The translations under genes were made by a program, and so were the position numbers. Below the pieces are notes generated by a model that saw nothing but the letters and a program-made list of their open reading frames with translations, did not search any database and was not told where the DNA came from. Below, one piece after another: positions 37,310 through 48,173 of a stretch of DNA of 64,000 nt (position 1 is the first letter of the stretch; each line of letters starts with the position of its first letter). Source of the stretch: Planctomycetia bacterium (GTDB lineage: Bacteria > Planctomycetota > Planctomycetia > Pirellulales > UBA1268); the NCBI GenBank assembly GCA_046074725.1, contig JBJTOU010000056.1, positions 1 to 64,000 of the forward strand. Reading direction: 5' to 3'.

Positions 37310-37816
37310 ATGGCACCTCGGTCATCCTGTTGGCTGGCTCTCGCCGCCTCGGCCCTCGCGGCATGGTCGCAGGAGTCGGTCGCGAACCCCCGCACGGAGC
37401 GATTGATCGATCGCCGGCTCGACCGCATCGAGGCGATCGAGCGGCGGGCGGAGGCCGAGGCGCGGATGCCGCCGCGTCCGGCCGATGTCCGACGTGCGAT
37501 CCGCCGAGGTGAGCCGCTGCCTGGTGCCGAGGCCAAGGCCGCCCGACCGGCTCCGACACCCCGCGGCACGCCCAACGCTCAGCCGCGGCCGGCAACGGCT
37601 CGCACGGCGCCAGCGCCCGCGCGGACCGCGCCCGCGCCATCACTCGCACGGCCGACGCCAGCGCCACTCCAGCCATCGCCTGCGGTCCCGATTGAGGAGC
37701 CGCCGGCCCCCGTCAGCCAGGCAACGGCCATCGACGACGGCACCCGCAGCGTACTCATCCGTGAGCCAAAGCCGGCCGCTGCGGCAGAACTGCTGCCGAC
37801 GCCGTCGCCCAAGTAA
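37310..37816 (+). CDS. Hypothetical secreted Pro/Ala-rich protein
   Basis: Signal-peptide-like MAPRSSCWLALAASALAAWSQES, then a low-complexity PA-rich region with a tandem ARTAPAP x2. There is no family match from memory, and the coding status rests only on the ORF and signal peptide. Confidence 0.35.
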   Translation: MAPRSSCWLALAASALAAWSQESVANPRTERLIDRRLDRIEAIERRAEAEARMPPRPADVRRAIRRGEPLPGAEAKAARPAPTPRGTPNAQPRPATARTAPAPARTAPAPSLARPTPAPLQPSPAVPIEEPPAPVSQATAIDDGTRSVLIREPKPAAAAELLPTPSPK

Positions 37817-37836
37817 CGTCGGCGGCCCACGCGGCG

Positions 37837-39387
37837 CTATTCCGCCCGCAGAGAATCAGCCTGGCGGCGGATCGCTCTGAGTTCGGCGGCATCCTTGCGG
37901 GCGAGGTTTTTGAGCTGCATGCCCATGCGCTGGTTTTTCGCGAGCAGCTTCTGGTGCCGTGCGAGGAAATCCCAGTAGAGCGTCGTGAACGGGCAGGCAT
38001 CGGGGCCTGTGGCCGCCTTCGGTTCATAGCGGCAGCCCGCGCAGGCGTTGCTCATGCGATCGATGTAGGCGCCGCTGGCGCAATACGGCTTCGACGCCAT
38101 GATGCCGCCATCGGCGAACTGGCTCATGCCGAGCGTGTTGGGCAGTTCGACCCACTCGACCGCATCGACATAGACGGCCAGATACCACTCGTGCACCCGC
38201 CGCGGGTCCACGCCAAAGAGCAGTGCGAAGAGGCCCGTCACCATCAGCCGCTGGATGTGATGCGCGTAGCCGTATTGCAGCGTCTGACCGATCGCGTCGC
38301 GGAGGCAGTTCATCTCCGTCGCCGCGGTCCAATAGAAGTTCGGGAGCGGGAGATCGGCGCCGAGAGTGTTGCGATCGATGTACTCCGGCATGAAATGCCA
38401 ATAGACGCCGCGGACATATTCCCTCCAGCCGATCACCTGGCGGATGAAGCCTTCCGTCGCCTCCAGAGGTGCCCGACCTGTGCGCCAGGCCTCCTCGGCG
38501 GCGGCGACGACATCCCGCGGGTCGAGGAGTTTCATGTTCATCGCCTGCGCAAGCCGCGCGTGGTAGAGCCACGGCTCGCCCGTCCACATCGCGTCCTGGT
38601 AGCGGCCGAAGTTCACCAGGCGGTGTGCGAGAAAATCGTCGAGGGCCGCACGGGCGTCGGCCGGAGTCACCGGCCAGTCGAAGTCGTCGAGTCGTCCCGG
38701 ATGCGAGGCGAACCGTGTATGGACCAGATCGATCACGCCGCGGGTCATGGCATCGGGCGAACATCGGAGCGGCGATGGCAGGCTCCCGGGGCCACCCTTC
38801 GGGAATGCGCCGCGGTTTTCGACGTCGTAGTTCCACTGGCCGCCGGCCGGCTCGCCATTGTCCATGAGCACGCCGAATTTCTCCCGCAGCGGCCGATAGA
38901 AGTATTCCAGCCGCAGCTGCTTGCGGCCCTCGGCATGGGCGGCGAACTCGTCCCGCGACGAGAAGAAATGCCGGTCAGTCCGGACCTCGATCGGAATCCC
39001 CGCCGTCGTCGCGGCGGCCTCGAGGGCCTTCCGCACCCGCCACTCACCCGGTTCGACGACGATCAGTTTCTGCGGCAGCCTCTTGTCCTTGCGAGCCCGT
39101 TCGAGAAAGCCGAGCAGTGCATCGGCGAGCGAGGTCGGCTCCGAGGGTGATTTCCGCGGCGCCAGTTCCGTGTAGACGACGTCGATCCGTTCCTTCGTGA
39201 GCGCATCTCGAAAGTGCCGCATCGCCGAGAGGAAAACGGTGATCCGGGCCTTGTGGCTCCAGACATGCGTCGATTCCTCGGCCACCTCGGCCATCCAGAC
39301 GCGGTCGTGGCGGCGGTCGAAGCCGTCGAAGGCGGCGCTCGACCGATCGAGCTGGTCGCCGAGCACGAGAATGAGGTTTCCCGACAT
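37837..39387 (-). CDS. Cryptochrome/photolyase family protein of the FeS-cluster type (FeS-BCP / bacterial (6-4) photolyase-like, COG3046)
   Basis: MSGNLILVLGDQLD...HVWSHKARITVFLSAMRHF. Photolyase-like WREY and HHIQRLMVTG. Four C-terminal Cys (CASGAYIDRMSNACAGCRY...CPF), as in FeS-BCPs. Confidence 0.8.
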   Translation of the reverse strand: MSGNLILVLGDQLDRSSAAFDGFDRRHDRVWMAEVAEESTHVWSHKARITVFLSAMRHFRDALTKERIDVVYTELAPRKSPSEPTSLADALLGFLERARKDKRLPQKLIVVEPGEWRVRKALEAAATTAGIPIEVRTDRHFFSSRDEFAAHAEGRKQLRLEYFYRPLREKFGVLMDNGEPAGGQWNYDVENRGAFPKGGPGSLPSPLRCSPDAMTRGVIDLVHTRFASHPGRLDDFDWPVTPADARAALDDFLAHRLVNFGRYQDAMWTGEPWLYHARLAQAMNMKLLDPRDVVAAAEEAWRTGRAPLEATEGFIRQVIGWREYVRGVYWHFMPEYIDRNTLGADLPLPNFYWTAATEMNCLRDAIGQTLQYGYAHHIQRLMVTGLFALLFGVDPRRVHEWYLAVYVDAVEWVELPNTLGMSQFADGGIMASKPYCASGAYIDRMSNACAGCRYEPKAATGPDACPFTTLYWDFLARHQKLLAKNQRMGMQLKNLARKDAAELRAIRRQADSLRAE

Positions 39388-39600
39388 CGACGCCACCTTA
39401 CCGCATCGGAGAGGATCCCACGGAGGCGTGGCAGGGCCACCCTCGACCACCCCCCCACACGGAATTCCAGACGAGCCCCGTGTTTTTCGGCTGTTAGGAC
39501 TTTCCGGGGCGTGCGGTTTCTCCGGTGGGGCTAAGCCGCTTCCCGGGCGGCCCTGCCCCCCTCGAATGGCCGGTCAGATTCGACCCTCAGGAGGGATGCC

Positions 39601-40599
39601 GTGATCGCGCATGCAGAGCGTTTGAACAGCCGGATCGGCAGTCGCGACACGGTCGTGACCAAGCGGGCCCCGCCGCGACAAGCCAAGGCCGACAGGGCCT
39701 CGTTCCTGCGGGAGCGGCGGGCACGTCTCTTCGATCGAGAGATCGACTACATCCCGTGCCGACAGTTTCTGAAGGCCGATGCCGAGCGGCTCGCGAGCGT
39801 GCCTCCTGCCGATGCCGCGATGCCACTCGAACGACGGCTGCCCGAGGCCTCCATCCCGTCGGGGCTCACTCCCTACCTCGCCAGCCTCTACCAGACCCGC
39901 CTGCTCTCGAAGGACGAGGAACAGTTCTATTTCAGAAGGATGAACTGGCTGAAATTCCGCGCCGCCACCGTCCGCGGGCGGCTCGATCGGAAGCGGGCGA
40001 CGATCCGCCAGATCGACGAGATCGAAGGCTGGCTCGCCGAGGCCGAGACGTCCAAGTCGATCCTGATCACTTCGAATCTCCGGCTCGTCGTCTCGATCGC
40101 CAAAAAGTTCAGCGACCCTGGGACGTCGTTCGAGGAACTCGTGAGCGAGGGGAACCTTGCCCTGATGCGGGCCGTGGAAAAGTTCAACTTCGCGCTTGGC
40201 AACCGGTTCAGCACCTACGCAACCTATGCCATCCAGCGGCATTTCTTCCGGGTCTCCCACAAGTCCCGGCAGTCCCGGAGCCGCTTCGTGACGGCCGACG
40301 AATCGCTCAAGGATCGTGTCGCCGAGTCCGATTCCGCTGAGTACTGCTCGTTCGAGCAGGTCGCGGAACTGAACCAGCTCTTCACGAAATTCCTCGGCGA
40401 TCTCGAGCCTCGGGAGAAGGAGATCGTCGTCGCCCGCTTCGGGTTCGACGGCAAGCCTCCCCGAACCTTCCGTGAACTCGGAGACGAGATGGGCGTGTGC
40501 AAGGAACGGATCCGTCAGATCCAGACCCGGGCCATGAACAAGCTCCGAGGCATGGCCGCCGAGGTGAGGCTCGAGCAACGCGTGGGCGACTGGCTGTAG
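39601..40599 (+). CDS. RNA polymerase sigma factor, sigma-70 family
   Basis: Region 2 NLRLVVSIAKKF...FEELVSEGNLALMRAVEKFNFALGNRFSTYATYAIQRHF. Region 4 LEPREKEIVVARFG...TFRELGDEMGVCKERIRQIQTRAMNKLR. GTG start. Confidence 0.85.
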   Translation: MIAHAERLNSRIGSRDTVVTKRAPPRQAKADRASFLRERRARLFDREIDYIPCRQFLKADAERLASVPPADAAMPLERRLPEASIPSGLTPYLASLYQTRLLSKDEEQFYFRRMNWLKFRAATVRGRLDRKRATIRQIDEIEGWLAEAETSKSILITSNLRLVVSIAKKFSDPGTSFEELVSEGNLALMRAVEKFNFALGNRFSTYATYAIQRHFFRVSHKSRQSRSRFVTADESLKDRVAESDSAEYCSFEQVAELNQLFTKFLGDLEPREKEIVVARFGFDGKPPRTFRELGDEMGVCKERIRQIQTRAMNKLRGMAAEVRLEQRVGDWL

Positions 40600-40723
40600 G
40601 CTCTCCGCCCGACGGGGGATGCCGGCCGAACGGGGCTTTCCGGCGGCTGAAAACGCCTTGCGGCGTGCGGCCCATGCCCCCTATCTTCCCGGCCCCGCGG
40701 AGTGCGGGCCGTTCTGAGGAGAC

Positions 40724-41806
40724 ATGCCGATGTCGATCACGCTGCACGCGCTCGCTAGCCACGTGGGTGGCACAGCCACCGGCGACGCCACGATGTCGAT
40801 CACCGGTGCCGCCACGCTCGAACTGGCCGGTCCCACCGAGATCACGCTCGTCGATGCGGCCGACAAGCTCCACCTGTTGTCGAAGAGCAAGGCCGGCGCC
40901 GTGATCGTGCCGGTGGGAAGCGGGCCGCTCGACCGTCCCTCGATCGAGGTCGCCGACGTGCATGCGGCATTCGCCGGCGCGATCACCCACTTCCGTCCAC
41001 CGCGGCTCGCGTCACGATGCGGCGTGAGCCCGCAGGCCGTGATCGCACCATCGGCGCGGATCGCTGCGGACGTCGACATCCATCCGCTGGCGACGGTTGG
41101 CGCCGACGTCGAGATCGGCCGGGGCGCGACGATCCACTCGGGCGCCCGGGTCATGGACGGATGCCGGATCGGCGAGGGCACGGAGATCTTCCCCAACGCC
41201 GTGCTCTACCCGGGCACGGTCGTGGGAGCCCGCTGCATCATCCATGCCGCCGCGGTGCTCGGATCCCATGGTTTCGGCTACAAGGTGCATGGTGATGCCT
41301 ACGTTCTCTCGGCCCAGCTCGGCTGGGTGGAGCTGGCGGACGACGTCGAGATCGGGGCCGGCACCACGATCGACCGCGGCACCTACGGCCCCACCCTGAT
41401 CGGCCGGGGCACGAAGATCGACAACCAAGTGCAGATCGCCCACAACTGCCGGATCGGACCCACCAACATGATCTGTTCACAGGTCGGCGTGGCGGGAAGC
41501 ACGAGCACCGGCAACTGGGTGGTGATGGCCGGGCAGTGCGGTGTGCGGGACCATGTGCACATCGGCGATGGCGCCGTGCTCGGCGCCCGCTCCGGCGTGT
41601 CGAACGACATCGCCGCCGGCATCACCGTCTTGGGCGAGCCCGCCATCGAACTGCGTGATCGGAAGCTGCAACTGGCCGCCATAAGCAAACTGCCCGAGAT
41701 GCGGAAGGATCTCAAGAAGTTCGCCGCCCGCCTCGACGCCCTCGAGCAGGCCGGTAGACAGGCTCTCGATGGCCACGGCCGTTCGGGAACCGCGGAGGCG
41801 GCATGA
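40724..41806 (+). CDS. lpxD: UDP-3-O-acylglucosamine N-acyltransferase
   Basis: N-terminal LpxD domain, then hexapeptide repeats (IHPLATVGADVEIGRGATIHSGARV...), HNCRIGPTNMICSQVGVAGST and a C-terminal helix. Confidence 0.9.
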   Translation: MPMSITLHALASHVGGTATGDATMSITGAATLELAGPTEITLVDAADKLHLLSKSKAGAVIVPVGSGPLDRPSIEVADVHAAFAGAITHFRPPRLASRCGVSPQAVIAPSARIAADVDIHPLATVGADVEIGRGATIHSGARVMDGCRIGEGTEIFPNAVLYPGTVVGARCIIHAAAVLGSHGFGYKVHGDAYVLSAQLGWVELADDVEIGAGTTIDRGTYGPTLIGRGTKIDNQVQIAHNCRIGPTNMICSQVGVAGSTSTGNWVVMAGQCGVRDHVHIGDGAVLGARSGVSNDIAAGITVLGEPAIELRDRKLQLAAISKLPEMRKDLKKFAARLDALEQAGRQALDGHGRSGTAEAA

Positions 41807-42717
41807 CGATGTCTGGCGACATGCATTCGCTCGACGGGGAGACGGTCGGCATCCTCGCCGGCTGGGGACGTTTTCCGGTTGCGGTGGCCGAGGCTGTCCG
41901 CCGTCGGGGCGGCAAGACCGCGATCCTCGCGATCCGCGATCATGCCGATGCGGTGCTCGAGCACCTGGCCGACCATCTCGGCGACGTGGGAGTGGCCGAG
42001 ATCGGCACGGCCATCGATTTCTTCAGGCGGCACGGCTGCCGTCGGGCCACGATGGCTGGCAAGGTCCACAAGACGAAGCTCTTCACCAAGCATGCGGTGC
42101 TGCGGCACCTGCCCGACTGGACCGGCCTGAAGACCTTCTGGCCGCACTTCGTGAGCCGCCGCCGCGACAACCGCGACGATTCGTTGCTCGGGGCGATCGC
42201 GGCCGCCTTTGACACCGGCGGCGTGAGGATGGTGCCGGCGACAGACGTGGCGCCTGAACTGCTCGCCTCCGGAGGCGTGCTCGCCGGTCGGCCGCTCTCG
42301 GCGCGGAAACTCGCCGACGTCGCCTTCGGCTGGCGGCTCGCCAAGGAACTCGGCCGGCTCGACATCGGTCAGAGCGTGGTCGTGAAGAATCGCGCGCCGA
42401 TCGCCCTGGAGGCGATCGAGGGCACAGACGAATGCATCCGCCGTGCCGGGCGACTCTGCCCTGCGGGGGGCATGGTGGTAGTGAAGGTGGCCAAGCCGCA
42501 GCAGGATCTGCGTTTCGACATGCCGACGATCGGTGTCGGCACGCTGCAGGCGCTGCGTGCTGCCGGCGCGACCGTGCTGGCGGTCGAGGCGGGGAGGACG
42601 ATCATCGTCGATGCTGACCGACTCGCCGACTTCGCCGTGCGGAGCGGGATCACCGTCGTCAGTTGCTACGACGACGCCGGCCAGCCGGCCCTCGACACCG
42701 TGGCCGACGCTGCGTAG
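41803..42717 (+). CDS. lpxI: UDP-2,3-diacylglucosamine diphosphatase LpxI (DUF1009 family)
   Basis: VGILAGWGRFPV, DIGQSVVVKNRAPIALEAIEGTDECIRRAG and VVVKVAKPQQDLRFDMPTIG. ATGA overlap with lpxD. Confidence 0.8.
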   Translation: MTMSGDMHSLDGETVGILAGWGRFPVAVAEAVRRRGGKTAILAIRDHADAVLEHLADHLGDVGVAEIGTAIDFFRRHGCRRATMAGKVHKTKLFTKHAVLRHLPDWTGLKTFWPHFVSRRRDNRDDSLLGAIAAAFDTGGVRMVPATDVAPELLASGGVLAGRPLSARKLADVAFGWRLAKELGRLDIGQSVVVKNRAPIALEAIEGTDECIRRAGRLCPAGGMVVVKVAKPQQDLRFDMPTIGVGTLQALRAAGATVLAVEAGRTIIVDADRLADFAVRSGITVVSCYDDAGQPALDTVADAA

Positions 42718-42748
42718 CCGCCGTCCAACGCCTATACTCACGGGCATC

Positions 42749-43504
42749 ATGCCGCGGCATCGGATTGTTCTCGTGGTGGTGCTGCTGGCCGGAACGGTCG
42801 GACCGGCCCGTGCCCAGGCTCCGGCGGTGCGGCCGCCGCCGATCGATTTCGGGATCGACCACTCCGTCGAGGTGCCGCCGGCCCAGCCCATCTACATGGG
42901 GCGAGAGATCGCCCAGACGATGCACTACACGGGGGCGCCGTGGCTGGTTCGCGAGAGCCGGCAGCGGGAGGAGGACTGTCGGCTCCTCGTGGAGGCGCTG
43001 GCGATCCGGCCGGGGCAGACACTGTGCGACATGGGCTGCGGCAACGGCTTCTACACCTTGGAAATGGCACGGCTCGCGGGGCCGACCGGCACCGTCTACG
43101 CCGTCGATATCCAGCCGCCGATGCTCAAGATGCTCGCCGGCCGTGCGGCGGAGTTCGGTGTCACGACGATCAAGCCGGTGCTCGGCACGGCAGCCGATCC
43201 GCGGCTCCCGGTCGGTGCGATCGACCTGATGCTCTGCGTCGATGTCTATCACGAGTTTTCACATCCGTCGGAGATGCTCGCGAAGATCCGCGAGAGCCTG
43301 TCGGAAGATGGGCAGCTCGTACTTGCGGAGTTTCGTGCGGAAGACCCGGCCGTGCCGATCAAGCCGCTGCACAAGATGACGAAGGCACAGGTTCGGCTCG
43401 AACTGGAGGGCAACGGCTTCGAACTGGTCCGCGAGTTCGACCGCCTGCCGTGGCAGCATCTGATGTTTTTCAGATGCGATGAGAAGGCGACCGCCGACGA
43501 GTGA
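42749..43504 (+). CDS. Secreted class I SAM-dependent methyltransferase
   Basis: Signal peptide MPRHRIVLVVVLLAGTVGPARAQA. Motif I LCDMGCGNGFYTLEMA. DLMLCVDVYHEF. Confidence 0.7.
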   Translation: MPRHRIVLVVVLLAGTVGPARAQAPAVRPPPIDFGIDHSVEVPPAQPIYMGREIAQTMHYTGAPWLVRESRQREEDCRLLVEALAIRPGQTLCDMGCGNGFYTLEMARLAGPTGTVYAVDIQPPMLKMLAGRAAEFGVTTIKPVLGTAADPRLPVGAIDLMLCVDVYHEFSHPSEMLAKIRESLSEDGQLVLAEFRAEDPAVPIKPLHKMTKAQVRLELEGNGFELVREFDRLPWQHLMFFRCDEKATADE

Positions 43505-43695
43505 CTGCCACGAGTGAAGTGTTGAATGCCGCGGCCTTGGTCCTCCGGTGGGCCCGATGGTGGCCCCAGCGAGTGGGGGCCGGCATCTATTGAAACCCGC
43601 TCGAGCGTGGCACGTCTTGCGAGAGGACGTACGCGAGCAGGTCGAGGCGAGGAGGGGCATGCGAGGCATCCTCGCCAGAAGACCGTGCCCTACGA

Positions 43696-44109
43696 TTATT
43701 TTTCAGATGCGTGGGGCAGCCGGCAGCCGCCGTCACCGCACGCACCCGCGATCCAGAGCCGATGGCGGGCGACGAATGCGTAGAGCCGCTTCCAAAGCGG
43801 CAGCGAGCCTGGAATGTGCAGCAGGAGTGCCAGTGGCCACAAGAGCGGGAGCCGCCGCGAGAGATACCGAACCGCCTCCGCGCCGCCCCGCGCCCGGCCC
43901 TGCGGATCGACGACATACATCTGCGAGAGCAGATCGTCGTGGGAGAGTTCCGGAAACCGCTCGGCCACGCTCGGGTCGTGGAGCGAGAAGAAGTCGGGCC
44001 GCCTGCAGGGAGAGAGAGCCCGCAGCATGGCGATCTGGCTCCGACAAAACCGGCAGTGGCCGTCGTAGAGAACCGTATCGCGGTCGGGCTTGACGTGCGT
44101 GGTGATCAT
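43696..44109 (-). CDS. Thiol-disulfide oxidoreductase DCC family (DUF393)
   Basis: VLYDGHCRFCRSQI (CxxC) near the N-terminus. GGAGA lies 5 nt before ATG 44109. Confidence 0.75.
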   Translation of the reverse strand: MITTHVKPDRDTVLYDGHCRFCRSQIAMLRALSPCRRPDFFSLHDPSVAERFPELSHDDLLSQMYVVDPQGRARGGAEAVRYLSRRLPLLWPLALLLHIPGSLPLWKRLYAFVARHRLWIAGACGDGGCRLPHASEK

Positions 44110-44257
44110 CACCGTCTCCAAAATAAGTCTAGGCCCGTGCCAGGCACAGGGAAGCGCACGAGCCGCCGTCGGGCTTGAGGCCCGGCCCATCTTTGGCCGC
44201 AGCGACCGGTGGTCGCGGAGGCCGAAGCACGCCGAGGCCACGATGGCGAGGCGTGCG

Positions 44258-44473
44258 CTACTCTCGAATCAGCGTCTTGGGCAGCGTGGCGAAGTGGAGG
44301 ATCGTGACGGCTCCGGCCGAGATCAGCGTCCACGGGGCCCAATCGGGAGCCGTGAAGACGCGCGGCCCGCCGCGGCCGTCGAGGGGCAGGATCGTGGCCG
44401 AATCGATCATCAAAAGCTCGATGCCAAGGGCGCAGGCAAAGAGCCCCGACGCCAGAAAAAAATTTTTCCACAT
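44258..44473 (-). CDS. Hypothetical small membrane protein
   Basis: MWKNFFLASGLFACALGIELLMI...WTLISAGAVTILHFA has two predicted TM helices. No recognised family. Confidence 0.3.
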   Translation of the reverse strand: MWKNFFLASGLFACALGIELLMIDSATILPLDGRGGPRVFTAPDWAPWTLISAGAVTILHFATLPKTLIRE

Positions 44474-44632
44474 GACGGTGCATGCCACGGCCCGCGGCCG
44501 CGGCCCTTCTCACGATGGGAACTCCCCGGCCACGAGGAGCCCGTGTCGGTGATCGACGCGACAAGGGCTCGTCCTTCAGCCGCGGCGAGGCCGCATCGAC
44601 CATGACGGTCGTGCCGATCTCGCGGCCTCCGG

Positions 44633-46738
44633 TCAGGCACCGCCGGCTTCGGATTGGCCCGGAGCCGCCTCGGAGGCGTCGGTCGGGGCGGGCCGGCCGA
44701 CGCGTCGCTCGGATGCCGTCCCCGGGACGATCTGCGGGGCGCCGACCGATTGTTCGATGATCGATTTGAGTTCGTCGCCGTCGATCACCTCGCACTCGAT
44801 CAGCCGACCGGTGATCGCCTCGAGCGCCGCCCGACGGGTTTCGAGGATTCGACGCACCTGTTCGATGGCGCGATCGACGATTCGCTTCACCTCCTCGTCG
44901 ATCTCACGAGCCGTCTCCTCGCTATGGGATCGCGCATGGGCCAGGTCGCCGCCGGCGGCGGCCAGGAAGGGAGACCGCTGGCTTTCGCGGTAGGTCACCC
45001 GCCCCAAGCGGCTCATGCCGTAGTCCATCACCATCGCCCTGGCGATCTCGCTCACCCGCTCGAGGTCGTTTTGGGCGCCGGTGGAAACGTCACTGTAGAC
45101 CATCTCCTCGGCGATCGTGCCTGCCAGCAGCACCTCGATGCGGCTTTCGAGCTCCGACTGCGTGAGCAGGTAGCGGTCGTCCTCCGGCCGCTGCATCGTG
45201 TAGCCCAATGCCGCCAGCCCACGCGGGATGATCGAGACCTTGTGGACTGGGTCGGTGTTGGGCAGCGAGAAGGCGACCAGCGCATGGGCCGCCTCGTGGT
45301 AGGCCACCCGCTTCTTCTCGTCTTCGTGGATCACCCGCTTCTTCTTTTCGAGCCCCGCCGTGACCCGCTCCACTCCCTCGTTGAATTCCGCCATGCCGAC
45401 GGCCGACTTGTCGTTGCGGGCGGCCAGGAGCGCCGCCTCGTTGACGAGGTTCGCAAGGTCGGCGCCGACGAAGCCCGAGGTGATCCGGGCGATCTGGGCG
45501 ATATCGACCTCGGGGTCGAGCTTCACGTTGAGCACGTGCACGCGGAGGATCGCCTCGCGGCCGCGGACATCGGGCCGATCGACGAGTACGTGCCGGTCGA
45601 AGCGACCGGGGCGCAGCAGCGCCGGATCGAGCGTCTCGGGGCGATTCGTCGCGGCCAGCACGATCACGCCCGAGTTGCTGCCGAAGCCGTCCATCTCCAC
45701 GAGCAGGGCGTTGAGCGTCTGCTCCCGTTCGTCATGGCCTCCGACTACGCTCGTGCCGCGGGTTTTGCCGAGCGCGTCGAGTTCGTCGATGAAGATGATG
45801 CAGGGGGCCTTCGCGGCCGCCTGCTGAAACATGTCGCGGACCCGCGCGGCGCCGACACCGACGAACATCTCCACGAAGTCGCTGCCCGAGAGGCCGAAGA
45901 ACGGCACGCCCGCCTCGCCGGCGATCGCCTTGGCCAGGAGTGTCTTGCCGGTTCCCGGCGGGCCGACGAGGAGCACGCCCTTGGGAATGTGGCCGCCGAG
46001 CACCTGGTACTTTTCCGGGCTCCTCAGAAACTCGACCACCTCGCGCAGTTCCTCGACCGCCTCGTCGATCCCGGCGACGTCGTCGAAGGTGATGCCGAGA
46101 TCCTCCTGGGCATACATCTTGCCGCGGCTGCGGCCAAAGGCCATCGGGCTGCCGGCGCCGCCGATGCGGCGGAGCATCAGCCAGAAGACGAGCCCGAAGA
46201 GGCCCGTGATGAAGAGCATCGGCATCCAGTTGCGCCAGGGGCTCGGGGCCTCCTCATAGCGGAAGGGGACACCGTTCTCGGCGAGCAATTTCGAGAGCTG
46301 ACCCTCCGAATTTTCGCTCGGGAGCTTCGCGGTGCGGAACCTCCGCAGGACGCCCGTCGGCGCGAGACGATCGCCCCGCTGGCCGCCATCCGTGCCCGAG
46401 AGCGGCAGTTCGCGCACCGTGCCGGCCACCTGGAAAGCACCGATCGAGACATCGTCGAGGTCGGCATAGCGGCCCACCTGTCCCGTGGCGTCACCGCGGC
46501 GGGTCACTTCGATGAACCGCGGACCACCGGCCTGATCGGACTCGCCGAGGCCGGTGACCCGGATGAGCTTCTCCAGGTCGCTGTAGGAGAGCTCGACCTC
46601 GGGAGTCGTGCCGAGCAGGCTCATCGCGAAGAGGCCGGCGACGGCCGCCGCGATCAGCGACCAGACGAGATTCGATCCACCCATCGACGAGCGGCGTTCA
46701 GTGCCGCGCTTGCCCGAGCTGTCGCGTTTCTTCGCCAT
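44633..46738 (-). CDS. ftsH: ATP-dependent zinc metalloprotease FtsH
   Basis: Walker [14 protein letters not shown], Walker [32 protein letters not shown], and zinc site HEAAHAL. Confidence 0.95.
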   Translation of the reverse strand: MAKKRDSSGKRGTERRSSMGGSNLVWSLIAAAVAGLFAMSLLGTTPEVELSYSDLEKLIRVTGLGESDQAGGPRFIEVTRRGDATGQVGRYADLDDVSIGAFQVAGTVRELPLSGTDGGQRGDRLAPTGVLRRFRTAKLPSENSEGQLSKLLAENGVPFRYEEAPSPWRNWMPMLFITGLFGLVFWLMLRRIGGAGSPMAFGRSRGKMYAQEDLGITFDDVAGIDEAVEELREVVEFLRSPEKYQVLGGHIPKGVLLVGPPGTGKTLLAKAIAGEAGVPFFGLSGSDFVEMFVGVGAARVRDMFQQAAAKAPCIIFIDELDALGKTRGTSVVGGHDEREQTLNALLVEMDGFGSNSGVIVLAATNRPETLDPALLRPGRFDRHVLVDRPDVRGREAILRVHVLNVKLDPEVDIAQIARITSGFVGADLANLVNEAALLAARNDKSAVGMAEFNEGVERVTAGLEKKKRVIHEDEKKRVAYHEAAHALVAFSLPNTDPVHKVSIIPRGLAALGYTMQRPEDDRYLLTQSELESRIEVLLAGTIAEEMVYSDVSTGAQNDLERVSEIARAMVMDYGMSRLGRVTYRESQRSPFLAAAGGDLAHARSHSEETAREIDEEVKRIVDRAIEQVRRILETRRAALEAITGRLIECEVIDGDELKSIIEQSVGAPQIVPGTASERRVGRPAPTDASEAAPGQSEAGGA

Positions 46739-46973
46739 GCGGTGCGTGGAGCCCTCGCGTTCGAAAGGGTTGGGGTGCAAGAAGAATAGGAGCGTCGAGG
46801 GGATGACGACCTATCCAGCATCCTACGCCCCGAAAAACCCATCGACAAACGGTCGGAGGGCGATTTTCAAAGTGGAAGTTTCATGCGGTGCGCCCTACAC
46901 TTTCCGTTCGGACCGCCATCGTCTCAAACGCCCCGCGCCGTCCCCAGAAAGGCCCTGCCGGGGCTCCGTCGAC

Positions 46974-48173
46974 GTGCCAGCACCCGCCCCCATCACCGAC
47001 GCGTACGCCGATCGCGACGCGCCGTTGCGGGTGGCCGTGGTCGGATCGACCGGGAGCATCGGCACGAGCACGCTCGACGTCATCGCGGCCTCCGGCGGAC
47101 GCTTCTCGGCCTGGCTCCTGGCCGCCCACCGCAGCGTCGAACAGCTCGTCGCGCAGGCCAGGGCCGTCCGGCCTGCGTGGATCGTCGTGATCGATCCTGC
47201 CGCGGCAGCCGGCCTCGATCCTGGATCGCTGCCTGCCGGCACTCGGCTGGCCGTCGGCCCCGACGCCCTCGACGACCTCGTGCAAGCCTCCGAGATCGAC
47301 CGCGTGGTATCGGCGATCGTGGGGTCCGCAGGTCTACGCAGCACCTGGTCGGCCCTCGAGTCGGGCAAGACCGTCGCCCTGGCCAACAAGGAAACGCTCG
47401 TCATGGCCGGCCCGCTCGTCATGCGGCTGGCCGAACGCTGCGGTGGGCGGATCGTGCCGGTCGATAGCGAGCATTCCGCCATCCACCAGGCCCTCCGCAG
47501 CGGCATGCCCGGCGAGGTGGCCCGCATCGTGCTCACCGCCAGCGGCGGGCCCTTCCGTCGCCGCCCCGTCGAGACGCTCGCCGACGCCACTCCTGAGGAG
47601 GCGCTGCGTCACCCGACCTGGTCGATGGGGCCGAAGATCACGATCGACTCGGCCACGATGATGAACAAGGCGTTGGAGTTGATCGAAGCCCGCTGGCTCT
47701 TCGGCCTCCCGGGTGAGAAGCTCGATGTCGTCGTCCACCCGCAGTCGATCGTCCACTCGATGGTCGAGTTCGTCGATGGGTCGGTGGTGGCGCAGCTGAG
47801 CCCCCCCGACATGCGTCTGCCGATCCAATACGCGCTCTCCTTCCCCGAGCGGTTCTCGTGCCCGGCGCGACGCTTCGACTTCGCGCGGAATGTGGCGCTG
47901 GAGTTCGAGCCGCCCGATCCGGATCGGTTTCCGGCGGTTCGGCTGGGGCACGAGGCCGCCACCCGTGGCGGCACGTGTGGCGCCGTGCTCAATGCGGCCA
48001 ATGAGGAGGCGGTCCGCGGGTTTCTCGAAGGGGCGATGCGGTTCACCGACATCGCCGAGGTATGCAGGAGGGTGCTCGACGAGCATCCGTTTCAGCCCGA
48101 GCCGTCGCTCGACGAAGTCCGTCGACTCGACGCCTGGGCCAGGCAGGAGGTCATGAAGTGGGCATGTGTCTGA
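46974..48173 (+). CDS. dxr: 1-deoxy-D-xylulose-5-phosphate reductoisomerase
   Basis: VAVVGSTGSIGTSTLDV, LANKETLV, VDSEHSAI, ASGGPF, HPTWSMGPKITIDSATMMNKALE and HPQSIVHSMVEF. The start is uncertain: GTG 46974 was chosen, and the ORF-track start at 46608 lies inside ftsH. Confidence 0.9.
   Translation: MPAPAPITDAYADRDAPLRVAVVGSTGSIGTSTLDVIAASGGRFSAWLLAAHRSVEQLVAQARAVRPAWIVVIDPAAAAGLDPGSLPAGTRLAVGPDALDDLVQASEIDRVVSAIVGSAGLRSTWSALESGKTVALANKETLVMAGPLVMRLAERCGGRIVPVDSEHSAIHQALRSGMPGEVARIVLTASGGPFRRRPVETLADATPEEALRHPTWSMGPKITIDSATMMNKALELIEARWLFGLPGEKLDVVVHPQSIVHSMVEFVDGSVVAQLSPPDMRLPIQYALSFPERFSCPARRFDFARNVALEFEPPDPDRFPAVRLGHEAATRGGTCGAVLNAANEEAVRGFLEGAMRFTDIAEVCRRVLDEHPFQPEPSLDEVRRLDAWARQEVMKWACV

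Noticed and set aside
37590-37640. Tandem ARTAPAP ARTAPAP coding repeat in the Pro/Ala-rich ORF
   Set aside because: This is low-complexity sequence within a poorly supported hypothetical gene. There are only two units, and nothing beyond compositional bias is evident.
39457-39487. ACACGG...CCGTGT hairpin followed by TTTT, upstream of the sigma-factor gene
   Set aside because: It has only 6 bp, a 15-nt loop and a short T-run, and there is no upstream plus-strand gene to terminate. The support for an attenuator or sRNA call is insufficient.
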